Of a DNA stretch of 46,185 nucleotides, positions 33,759 through 42,603 are shown piece by piece (the stretch's first letter is position 1; each line of letters starts with the position of its first letter). Origin of the DNA: a virus. Taxonomy: Duplodnaviria; Caudoviricetes. Position numbers and translations under genes: made by a program. The notes below the pieces were generated by a model. That model saw only the letters and a list, made by a program, of their open reading frames with translations, had not been told where the DNA came from and did no database searches. The stretch spans positions 1 to 46,185 of the IMG/VR virus record IMGVR_UViG_3300012844_000024; one strand, 5' to 3'.

Positions 33759-34199
33759 ATGGGCATCACCATTGCAAAGAAGCCTGAGCTTGACCTCAAT
33801 GGTCAGCGCTGGGTTGAGTTCGCTCCGGGCGCCGAAATACTGGTCGGATCCATCGCCAGCCCGATCTACAAGTCGCACCAAGCCTTGATCAATCGCCACC
33901 TTGCACTGATCAACCAGCAGGCTCGCGTCGGCACCTCCGAATTCAGCCTGGCCGACATCCCTGACGTAGAGCTGGAGACCGATGACGACCTGTTCATCGA
34001 GTTGGCTGCCAAGCACCTGATCAAGGACTGGAAGGGCGTTGACGTAGAAGAGCGCCCAGGCGAGCCTGCCCCATACACTCCCGAGCTGTGCATCCAGCTG
34101 ATCAAGCAGATGAACAGTGTCTACTTCCTCGCCCTGCGCACCGGCACCGACATCGCACGCCGCGTCGAGGAGAAGGCCGCAGCCACGGTGGAAAAGTAG
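33759..34199 (+). CDS. Tail assembly chaperone (G)
   Basis: LIKDWKGV..PYTPE; ends at slippery G GAA AAG. Confidence 0.85.
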   Translation: MGITIAKKPELDLNGQRWVEFAPGAEILVGSIASPIYKSHQALINRHLALINQQARVGTSEFSLADIPDVELETDDDLFIELAAKHLIKDWKGVDVEERPGEPAPYTPELCIQLIKQMNSVYFLALRTGTDIARRVEEKAAATVEK

Positions 34200-34564
34200 T
34201 CGCGGCATACCTGTGGGGCAGGGAGTGGGCCGGGCCCGAGAACGAGAAGAAGCGCTGGAAGCATGAGCGCCTTGGCGTGAAGGTTCAGGAGCCGCCAGAG
34301 ATTGACGGGGTAACCGCAGAGATCCTGGAGGCCTACGCCTACATCAGTCGATCCAGGCAGTACGTTGGCATGCTTGGTGCGCCCGCACCTATCCCTCCGT
34401 CAGCCATTACTGAATACCTTGACCGTTACCCCACGGCGATATGCCGCGAAGAGCTCGACGCCGCCGTCTTCGCGCTGGATGATCAGTTCCGTAAGAGCTG
34501 GGACGAGCAGCAGGAGAAGGTCCGGGCGGAATCCGAAGGCAAGGGCGGGACAAAGAGGCGGTGA
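34190..34564 (+). CDS. Tail assembly chaperone frameshift extension (T of G-T)
   Basis: Open -1 frame VVAAYLWG..SRSRQY..PIPPSAI..ALDD with no evident independent start. Confidence 0.75.
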   Translation, partial: GKVVAAYLWGREWAGPENEKKRWKHERLGVKVQEPPEIDGVTAEILEAYAYISRSRQYVGMLGAPAPIPPSAITEYLDRYPTAICREELDAAVFALDDQFRKSWDEQQEKVRAESEGKGGTKRR

Positions 34565-34618
34565 CATCCAGGCGGCTGACATGTGTTAAATTCTGATCAT
34601 CTTTCAGGGAGATCGAAC

Positions 34619-34945
34619 ATGTCGGATTTTCTCGCTTTCTTGATGGCAGTCACCGCCTTCATTCTTTATTTTGCGCCAACCTTCGTAGCGGCTAAGCGGA
34701 AACACCCGAACGGCACGCCCATTGCCTTGTTGAATATTTTCCTTGGATGGACTTTCGTTGGCTGGCTGGTAGCCCTTATCTGGTCTGCTTCGGCAATCAA
34801 AACTGAAGTGCCGACCCATCCTGCGACTGAATCGAAACCCAGCAATCGCTATGGCGACCTGGAGAGGCTAGCTGCCCTCAAGGAAAAGGGGAACATCAGC
34901 GAGGCTGAATTCAACCGAGAAAAGTCAAAGCTACTCGGAAGCTGA
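34619..34945 (+). CDS. Superinfection immunity protein (T4 Imm family) with SHOCT-like tail
   Basis: LYFAPTFVAAKRKHPN..LNIFLGWTFVGWLVALIWS; LERLAALKEKGNISEAEFNREKSKLL. Confidence 0.88.
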   Translation: MSDFLAFLMAVTAFILYFAPTFVAAKRKHPNGTPIALLNIFLGWTFVGWLVALIWSASAIKTEVPTHPATESKPSNRYGDLERLAALKEKGNISEAEFNREKSKLLGS

Positions 34946-34965
34946 CCTCCGGAAAGACAAACAAC

Positions 34966-34989
34966 AACCCGCCTTGAGCGGGTTTTTTT
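34966..34989 (+). terminator. Intrinsic terminator of the immunity moron
   Basis: AACCCGC/GCGGGTT plus T-tract. Confidence 0.8.
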
Positions 34990-35005
34990 ACGCCTGGAGA
35001 AAGAT

Positions 35006-38005
35006 ATGGCGCAGGAATCCCGCCTCGCGGTAACGATCGACTCACGCGGGGCCAAGCGCAACGCAGATGACCTTACAGGGTCGCTTGAGGGGATGACGCG
35101 GGCCGGGGATGCTGCAGCGGCATCGGCGGATGACGTCTCAGGCAGCCTGGAGGATCAGCGCAAGGCTCTCACCCAGCTGTTGGGTCAGATCAACCCCACC
35201 ACTGCAGCCCTGGGTCGGCTGGACGACATGCAGGAGCGACTGGCCAAGTTCAAAAAGGCCGGGATCGTTGAGAGCGACACATTCGTCGAGTACACGCAGC
35301 GTATCAACACCATGCGGGACGCGCTGGGCGAAACCTCGGACGGCATGAACAAGGCCGGGATGTCGGCGAAAGCCTACAACGCTGCCCTCAGGGGAATTCC
35401 TGCGCAGTTCACTGACATCGCAGTGAGCCTTCAGGGAGGGCAGGCTCCACTCACCGTGTTCCTTCAACAGGGTGGGCAGCTCAAAGATATGTTTGGCGGA
35501 ATCGCCCCGGCTGCCAGAGCGATGGGCGGATACATTCTTGGCCTGGTCAACCCATTTACCGTCGCAGCTGCGGCTGCAGCAACGCTAGGCCTGGTCTTCT
35601 ATGACGTAGAAAAGCAGATCTCAGCGTTCAATAAGGCCTTGTTTTCTGGTTCTGCTGACTCCGGTCAGACGGTAGAAAGCATGGCCGTGATTGCCATGTC
35701 GGTTGCCGATATCACTGGAGACCTGTCCGAAGCCAAAAACGCAGTAATAGCCCTTGGCGCAAGCGGGAGGGTCAGCGAGATCCAATTCCGGAATCTTGCG
35801 CAGGCATCTGCTTCGATTGCGCAGTTCACTGGGCAGAGCGCCACGGATGTGGCGAAGTCATTTGGCGGGCTTGGAGATAGCGCCACCAAGGCAGCGCAAA
35901 AAATCAGTGAGCAGTACGGGCTCATAACCTCTGCGCAATATGAGGTTATTGCTGGCCTAGAGAGCCAGGGAAGGAAGCAGGAGGCTCTGGATGCCCTCAG
36001 CGAGAGTCTTAATGCCAATGCCCAAAAAAGGCTTCAGCGTTACCGAGATTCCTTGTCCGAGCTTGAGCGCGACTGGGATGATGTAGGCACTGCGATCAGC
36101 AATGCCTACAGCAAGATAAAAGCCGAGCTGTTCCCCGATGACAACAAGCAGATAGAGATAGCGCAAAGGATTCTTGATACAAGGAAGCAGGGCGGTTTCA
36201 CAGGCGCGCTTTCCAACTTGTTCAGCTTCGGGGACAACACAAACCAGGCTCTTCGCACTCAGATCAAGACACTTACGGAGCGCCGAGAGGCTGCAGCGGC
36301 TGCCGCCCAGGCAGAGTCGGCCGAAACGGATGCCAACCAGGGAAGAATTGCTGCCGCTGCGCGCTGGGCAAGCTCACAGCTTGAGTACCTCGACAAAGAG
36401 TCGAGAAAGCGCAGCGAGATCGCCGAAGCCCGAGAGCTTGGGCTGAAAGCAGGGCGAAGCGAGGAGGAGATCGCTAAGCGGATCGTTGCGATCGAAAGCA
36501 AGTACGCGGACAAGGCGAAGCCGAAGACGCCGCGCGAGGATAATCGAGGTGTCGCTGAAGCTCAGAACACCTTCTCTCGCCTGTACAGCCAGTACGACCC
36601 GGCCGCCCAGGCTGCCCGTGCACTGACCAAGGAACAGGAGCAACTGGACCTGGCCCTGAGCAAGGGCAAGATCAGCCAGGAAGAGTACGGAAAAGCGCTG
36701 GCCCAGGCCTCGCTGAACTATGCCGCCGCCATCAAGGGTGCCCAAGGCCTCACTCAGGCCGAGCAGTACCGGGCGCAACTTGAGCGGCAGCTGGCCGGGC
36801 AGCGCAGTGAGTACAGCATCGCGGCAGCCGGCGTCGGCATGGGCGATCAGCAGACGCAGCGCATGCAGCAGCGCGTGCAGTTGGAGCAGCAGACCAACGA
36901 CCGCATTCTGCAACTGCGCACCGAACTGGCCAATGCCACGACGGAGAAGCAGCGGCAGGACCTGCAGGCGCAGATCGACCTTGAGCAGGAATACCTGCCC
37001 AAGCGCCTGGCTGCACTGCAAACGGGCTTCGCCCAGTACGATGCAGCGATCTCCAGCCCGCTCAATGGGTGGAATGCGGCTTTGGCCAACTTCCAGGTGA
37101 GCGCAGCAAACGTGGCCGGGCAGACGCAGGCCTTGTTCAGCGGAGCGTTCGGCAGCATCCAGTCAAGTGTCGGCAGTGCTTTCGAGAGCATGGCCCTGGA
37201 CGGCCAGACCTTCGGCGAATCTGTCTCGAATATCACACGCAGCTTGTTCGGCAGCGTCATCAACTCGCTCGGCCAGATGGCGGCTCAGTGGGCCGTGAAC
37301 CAGGCAATGCAGGTGGTTTTTGGGCAGACGTCGGCGGCGGTAGCAGCCCAGCAGATCGCCCAGGTTGGCGCTGTGACGGCGGCAGAGACATCTGGTGCGG
37401 CCGCCGTGGCCACTGCAAAGGTCGCTGCCGATGGCGTAGCTACCGCTTCAAGCCTTGCCTCAACCGCTACCACCACTGCCGCACAAACGGCTGCAGCTGG
37501 CACCACCTTAGCGGCATGGCTGCCAGCAGCTCTGGTTGCCTCCATCGGGTCCTTTGGTGCGGCCGCAGTGGTTGGCGGCACAGCGCTTCTGGCGGCGTTC
37601 GCGCTCATCAAGGGCTTCGAGTCTGGCGGCTACACCGGTGGTGGCGGGCGCAAGCAGGTCGCCGGGGTGGTGCACGGACAGGAATTTGTGGTTAACGCTG
37701 AAGGCACGAAGCGCAATCGGGCTCTCCTTGAGGCAATCAACGCTGGAGAGCGGGTTTCGGTAGCTGGTAGTGGCGGTTCCATGCTCTCAACCAAGGCCTC
37801 CGGCGGCACCCAGGCGCCTGTCACGACTCAGACAAGCGTCACCGTAAACCTGATCGAAGATCGCTCCCGAGCCGGCACAGTCGACCAGCGCACCGCTGAA
37901 AACGGCCAGCTTGAGATCGACGCCTTCGTCGCTGACATCTGGGGCGGTGGTGAGCGGGCCCAGGCCATCGAAGCGGCCTACGGCCTGTCGCGCAATCCCA
38001 CGTAA
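35006..38005 (+). CDS. Tail tape measure protein
   Basis: 999 aa, Ala-rich helical; PAQFTDIAVSLQGGQAPLTVFLQQGGQLKD; GGYTG..AGVVHGQEFV. Confidence 0.95.
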   Translation: MAQESRLAVTIDSRGAKRNADDLTGSLEGMTRAGDAAAASADDVSGSLEDQRKALTQLLGQINPTTAALGRLDDMQERLAKFKKAGIVESDTFVEYTQRINTMRDALGETSDGMNKAGMSAKAYNAALRGIPAQFTDIAVSLQGGQAPLTVFLQQGGQLKDMFGGIAPAARAMGGYILGLVNPFTVAAAAAATLGLVFYDVEKQISAFNKALFSGSADSGQTVESMAVIAMSVADITGDLSEAKNAVIALGASGRVSEIQFRNLAQASASIAQFTGQSATDVAKSFGGLGDSATKAAQKISEQYGLITSAQYEVIAGLESQGRKQEALDALSESLNANAQKRLQRYRDSLSELERDWDDVGTAISNAYSKIKAELFPDDNKQIEIAQRILDTRKQGGFTGALSNLFSFGDNTNQALRTQIKTLTERREAAAAAAQAESAETDANQGRIAAAARWASSQLEYLDKESRKRSEIAEARELGLKAGRSEEEIAKRIVAIESKYADKAKPKTPREDNRGVAEAQNTFSRLYSQYDPAAQAARALTKEQEQLDLALSKGKISQEEYGKALAQASLNYAAAIKGAQGLTQAEQYRAQLERQLAGQRSEYSIAAAGVGMGDQQTQRMQQRVQLEQQTNDRILQLRTELANATTEKQRQDLQAQIDLEQEYLPKRLAALQTGFAQYDAAISSPLNGWNAALANFQVSAANVAGQTQALFSGAFGSIQSSVGSAFESMALDGQTFGESVSNITRSLFGSVINSLGQMAAQWAVNQAMQVVFGQTSAAVAAQQIAQVGAVTAAETSGAAAVATAKVAADGVATASSLASTATTTAAQTAAAGTTLAAWLPAALVASIGSFGAAAVVGGTALLAAFALIKGFESGGYTGGGGRKQVAGVVHGQEFVVNAEGTKRNRALLEAINAGERVSVAGSGGSMLSTKASGGTQAPVTTQTSVTVNLIEDRSRAGTVDQRTAENGQLEIDAFVADIWGGGERAQAIEAAYGLSRNPT

Positions 38006-38014
38006 GGAAAGCCC

Positions 38015-38161
38015 ATGACTACCGAAACCGAAGAGGCCGACGACGGGCCGGGCGCAACTGTGCCCGACCCTGAGCCCGCTCAGCCCGACGAGAAAGAGCT
38101 TCTGCTGCAAAGGCGGCTCGCCCGCATCGAGGAAGCGCTGGGCCTCAGCCCGATCACCTAA
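38015..38161 (+). CDS. 48-aa acidic peptide
   Basis: Hand translation MTTETEEADD...RRLARIEEALGLSPIT; AAGGA RBS. Confidence 0.55.
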   Translation: MTTETEEADDGPGATVPDPEPAQPDEKELLLQRRLARIEEALGLSPIT

Positions 38162-38180
38162 AACGAACCTCAGCTGAGGA

Positions 38181-38657
38181 ATGGCAATGATTCAATACCC
38201 GGCAGAATTGCCACTTCCTCTGCAGGAGGGGTATGGCCTGAGCACGGTTGATCCGATGCGGGCGACGCCAATGGTTACCGGGCGGACGAGGTACCGGATC
38301 AGGACAAGGAAGCCGCCGACATCCGCACGGTTCACCTTCAACTTCAGTGCGGAAGAGGCGGCACAGTTCGAGGGCTGGCACACCTGGGCCATTAACCTGG
38401 GCTTTGACTGGTTTGAGATGCCGCTACAGACCCCTCTGGGTCTGCAGGTGCATCAGGTGCACTTCAAGGGCATGTACACCGGCGGCGAGCTTGCGCAGAT
38501 CAAACGCTGGCGTTTCTCAGCCGACCTGGAGTTCAAGATCCGCCCTGTTCAGACTGAAGACCAGTACATCGGCGTGTCGGTCGGCATGCCGCTCGACCAG
38601 TTCAACACCAATCTCTCTGGCAGCCTGGACAAGTGGTACACGAGGTACTTCGGATGA
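38181..38657 (+). CDS. Distal tail protein
   Basis: YPAELPLPLQEGY..GRTRYR..FEGW..GFDWFEMPL. Confidence 0.78.
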   Translation: MAMIQYPAELPLPLQEGYGLSTVDPMRATPMVTGRTRYRIRTRKPPTSARFTFNFSAEEAAQFEGWHTWAINLGFDWFEMPLQTPLGLQVHQVHFKGMYTGGELAQIKRWRFSADLEFKIRPVQTEDQYIGVSVGMPLDQFNTNLSGSLDKWYTRYFG

Positions 38658-39133
38658 GCCTGATCGAAGAGTGTTACGCCTCTGGGCGGGGGGAGCTGGT
38701 CGACACCATAGAGGCGCGGGAGGAGGGTGGCGCCGTCTCCCACCTCTACTGCTCTGGATGGGAAGACCGGGTGTGCACCACGGAGGATGGCCGCACGCTC
38801 ACCTTCATAGCGATGGCCATGGACCTGGCCTTGCCCAAGAACGATAACAGCGCGTTTCAGAACCTGGTGCTTGGCCTGGACAACGTGACGGGCGAGGTCC
38901 AGGAGGTGGTTGAGGCTGCCAAGGCGGCTGACAAGCGCTTCATCATCACCTTCCGGCGTTACCTGGCCGAGGATCTGTCATTCCCGAGCGAGCGGTACCG
39001 CATGACGCTGCTCAGTCGTGAATATGAGGACGACGTGGCCAAGCTCACCGCCGGCTTTTTCGACCTCCTCAACACCAACGGTCTGCGCACCGTCCTGACC
39101 ACCTCTCTGGCACCTGGCCTGAAGTACATCTGA
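38654..39133 (+). CDS. DUF1833-like tail tip protein
   Basis: LDNVTGEV..RRYL..PGL; position. Confidence 0.78.
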   Translation: MSLIEECYASGRGELVDTIEAREEGGAVSHLYCSGWEDRVCTTEDGRTLTFIAMAMDLALPKNDNSAFQNLVLGLDNVTGEVQEVVEAAKAADKRFIITFRRYLAEDLSFPSERYRMTLLSREYEDDVAKLTAGFFDLLNTNGLRTVLTTSLAPGLKYI

Positions 39134-39135
39134 CC

Positions 39136-39540
39136 ATGATCGAGAAATTCATGCGCGCCCCGTATCGCGAGGGTGCACGGGGACCTATTGCCTTCGACTG
39201 CTGGGGGCTGTGCATCGCGGTGCGCCATCAGGTGTTCGGCCTGCCGCTGCTGCCCAGCCTCGGCGCCGTGGGCAAGAACAAGCTCAGGGCCAACACCGAG
39301 GCCTATCACGATCTGCGCCATGGCATGGAGGAATCCCAGCCAGAGCCCGGCGCCATTGCAGCAGTGTTCCGCGGTGCGCTGTGCCTGCACGTAGGCGTGG
39401 TCGTGGAAAGCGAAGGCCGACTGAAGGTGCTGGACACAAACCCCGGGGGCGCCTGCCTCCGGACAACCGGCGAGTTCGAAGCCGCTCATCCCAAGGTGGT
39501 CTATTACCGTGATCGAGTTCTACCCGAACAAGCTGAGTGA
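39136..39540 (+). CDS. NlpC/P60-like tail tip protein
   Basis: PYREGARG..FDCWGL..HVGVV. Confidence 0.85.
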   Translation: MIEKFMRAPYREGARGPIAFDCWGLCIAVRHQVFGLPLLPSLGAVGKNKLRANTEAYHDLRHGMEESQPEPGAIAAVFRGALCLHVGVVVESEGRLKVLDTNPGGACLRTTGEFEAAHPKVVYYRDRVLPEQAE

Positions 39541-42500
39541 TACGGCGCCGCTCGGCACCTGGAAGACCGACCGCCGCATGTCGATCGAGGAATGGCTGAA
39601 GGCCTTGGCTCCGTCGTATGAGCGCCGGGAAAGCCCGCCGATCAGCGTTGTCCTAAACGGTGAGGTGATCGAGCAGCACCTGTGGCACAAGGTGAAATTC
39701 AAGCCGTCTGACCTGCTCCAGATCTACCGCGAGCCGAAAGGCACCGACCCTTTCTCGATCACCTTCGCCCTGTTCAAGGGCGCCAAGGCAGTGCTCAAGG
39801 CGATCATGCCAAAGATGCCTGGCATGCCATCCAGCGCCGGCACCCAGCAGGGCGACCCGCTGATGGATGCCAGCGCCAAGGGCAACAAGGTCAAGCTGGG
39901 CGACCCTGTGCGGCAGATTGCCGGCCACCAGCGGGTGTACGGATCGTATCTGGCCCAGCCTCGCCGGGCGCATGTTGCGGCGCGCGACCAGCGCGTGGAG
40001 ATGCTCCTGTACATCGGCGAAGGCGAGTACGACATTCCGCTGGCCAAGGTGAAGGTGGGCGAAACCCCGCTGATCTCCCTGGGCGCCGATGCGACGTTCA
40101 CGATCTACCCGCCAGGCGCTGATCTCTCTGCCGATCCGGCCCACATCAACTGGTTCAACGTGCCCGAGGTAGGCGCCAGTTCCAGCGGCTCTGCTGGCCT
40201 GGAACTGACCATGGCCACCGACCTGACAAGATCGGCGACCGCATCGGCCTACCAGTTCGTTGGCGACACCATCAGCGTGCCGGCCGGATCCGGCCAGTTC
40301 CCCGCTGACTGGTCGAACGGGATCATCGTTCGCGTGCTCGCCCCCTACACCTACACCGTAATTGACGGCGGTGCAGGGCGCGACATCGTGCGCGGGCCGC
40401 TGGAAATGCTGAACCCCACAGCTGGCATGCTGATCGAGGTGGCCGGAGCGAACGCGGGCCTGTACGTGGTGCACAGCTACACGCCATACACGCCAGCAGT
40501 GCCAGCCAACCCCGGAACAGCATCGACGCTCACCGGTTCAGCCGCTCCCAGCCGTTACGACTTCAACGTCACACCGCTGAGCTTCACCATGTTCCGTGGC
40601 GCAACCAGCTACCCGATAACACTGAACACCGCGACCACCAACCTGGCTGGGCTTGTGTCAGCGCTCAATACGCAGTTCAGCGGCAAGCCGTTCCAGGCAC
40701 AAGTGAGCGGCAGTGTCCTTCGTATCGTCGAGGTGACACCGTTTGCCGGCCAGGCTCTCACCGCAACTGGCGCGACAACCATCCTGGGCGCCTCACCTGT
40801 GGGAGCCACGGGCACGGCCACCACCAGCGCCATTCCTGAGCAGCCGGCGGAAATGACGCTGGACTATGACGGCGGTTCGCCAGTGGTTGGTCTCGCGCTG
40901 GGGCAGGGTCTTGCCACCATCGGCCCGCGCGGGCTGCGGTACCGGATCACGGCATTCAGCACGAGCCTGCTCGAGGTGGAGCGACTGACCTCTTCCGGGT
41001 CGACCGATGCAGGCTGGCCTGGCTTCAACGCCATGCAGACCGTTAACGGACTGATCACGCTGGACGCTTCCAACCTGCAGGGCGGATACCGTGGGCCATT
41101 TGCCTGCTGCCCGGAGAACGAGAAGGTCACAGAACTGGAGTGGACGGTCACCTACGCCAACGGCCTTGCCGGTATCGGTCGGGAAGGGCAGATCTACGAG
41201 ATTCCGACCTACTACCTGTTCGAGTACCGCGACATGGACGTGGCCGGGGCGTGGACGCAGCTTCAGTACATGAACACGGGTGGTTCGCTCGATGCCCAAG
41301 GCTTCACCGAGCGCGTGTCGCTGCCATACGCGATGCGAGCCGAGGCCCGTATTCGTAAGCAGTATGTGGACCGGCCTGGCCGGATCAACGATGAAGCGCG
41401 GGATGACGCCACCTGGACGGACCTGCGCGGGCGCATGCAGAACTCGCCCACCAGTTACCCCGGCCTGACGGTCATGACCTGCAACATCCGTGGCGGTGAC
41501 CGGCTTTCTGCTCAGTCGGAGAGCCAGGTAAGCGTCGAGGCAACCCGCATCCTGCCGCTGATGGAGGGCGGTACCGGGCCAAGCCGCGACATCGTGCCGT
41601 ACTGCATCTACCAGCTGAAGCAGCGCGGGTACACGGATGATGACCTGGACCTACCCGAGTGGCAGGCCTTCCATGAGATCTGCGTGTCCCGTGGCGACAC
41701 GTACGATGAGACCCTGGATGCGACGATCACGGTCAAGGACATGATCAACAACGCGCTGGCGTGCAGCTTCGGTGAGCTGGTGACCTTCCGGGGCCTGTTG
41801 CGCCCGGTTCGCGACAGTGCACGGGCCGCGTTCGACGTGACCTACGGACCTAAAACGCAGACCTACTCACCGCAGAACATGACCAAGATGCTCAAGATCA
41901 GCGGATCCATGCCGTCGATCAACGACTTCGACGGCGTGGATGTGGAGTACTTCTCGCGCATCACCTGGGCGTGGGAGACGGTCGAGTGCCGCTGGCCAGG
42001 TGACCTGGGCACCAAGGTCGAGAAGATCAAGATGTCCGGCATCAGTGACAGGACTAGGGCCTGGCGTATCGGCATGCGCCGCCGCGGACACCAGAAGTTC
42101 CGCACCGACATCTACACCTGGGAAACCGAGATGGATGGCAGCAACAGCGGCTACCTGAGCTTTGCAGCCGTTGCAGATGACGCGCCGAAGCGGTGCCAGA
42201 GCGCAATCCTGCTGGGCTTCGCTGTTACCGGATCCGGCACCCTGCTGCAATCCTCGGAGCCGCTGGACTTCAGCGCGGGCGGCGAGCACCTGATAGGAAT
42301 GCGCAAGCTGGATGGCACGCTATCTGGACCGTTCACGGCGACGCAGGTCGACCAGTACACCGCCAGGGTCGACGCGCTCGACTTCACGCCGGTGGTCGAC
42401 GGCTCGCTTGAGCCGCCGCACATCCTGTTCGGCCCGGCTGCCCGGTGGGCGTACCCAACCCTGATCACCAGCTCAGACCCAGCCAACGGCAACGTCGCCA

Positions 42501-42562
42501 TGAAGGGCATGCCCTACGACGCCCGTGTTTACACCTACGACGACCAGTCGCCACCCGCTTGA
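39509..42562 (+). CDS. Central tail fibre / host-specificity (J-like) protein
   Basis: 1017 aa after NlpC; N-terminal assembly domain; ends YDARVYTYDD. Confidence 0.85.
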   Translation: MIEFYPNKLSDTAPLGTWKTDRRMSIEEWLKALAPSYERRESPPISVVLNGEVIEQHLWHKVKFKPSDLLQIYREPKGTDPFSITFALFKGAKAVLKAIMPKMPGMPSSAGTQQGDPLMDASAKGNKVKLGDPVRQIAGHQRVYGSYLAQPRRAHVAARDQRVEMLLYIGEGEYDIPLAKVKVGETPLISLGADATFTIYPPGADLSADPAHINWFNVPEVGASSSGSAGLELTMATDLTRSATASAYQFVGDTISVPAGSGQFPADWSNGIIVRVLAPYTYTVIDGGAGRDIVRGPLEMLNPTAGMLIEVAGANAGLYVVHSYTPYTPAVPANPGTASTLTGSAAPSRYDFNVTPLSFTMFRGATSYPITLNTATTNLAGLVSALNTQFSGKPFQAQVSGSVLRIVEVTPFAGQALTATGATTILGASPVGATGTATTSAIPEQPAEMTLDYDGGSPVVGLALGQGLATIGPRGLRYRITAFSTSLLEVERLTSSGSTDAGWPGFNAMQTVNGLITLDASNLQGGYRGPFACCPENEKVTELEWTVTYANGLAGIGREGQIYEIPTYYLFEYRDMDVAGAWTQLQYMNTGGSLDAQGFTERVSLPYAMRAEARIRKQYVDRPGRINDEARDDATWTDLRGRMQNSPTSYPGLTVMTCNIRGGDRLSAQSESQVSVEATRILPLMEGGTGPSRDIVPYCIYQLKQRGYTDDDLDLPEWQAFHEICVSRGDTYDETLDATITVKDMINNALACSFGELVTFRGLLRPVRDSARAAFDVTYGPKTQTYSPQNMTKMLKISGSMPSINDFDGVDVEYFSRITWAWETVECRWPGDLGTKVEKIKMSGISDRTRAWRIGMRRRGHQKFRTDIYTWETEMDGSNSGYLSFAAVADDAPKRCQSAILLGFAVTGSGTLLQSSEPLDFSAGGEHLIGMRKLDGTLSGPFTATQVDQYTARVDALDFTPVVDGSLEPPHILFGPAARWAYPTLITSSDPANGNVAMKGMPYDARVYTYDDQSPPA

Positions 42563-42603
42563 TTTAAACCGGTCCCTGTTCAGGGTCATAAAGAGGAAAG
42601 ACT

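Noticed and set aside
7006-40908. Several GGGCAGGG (KOPS) octamers on the plus strand
   Set aside because: Too few to distinguish from chance in GC-rich DNA without a count
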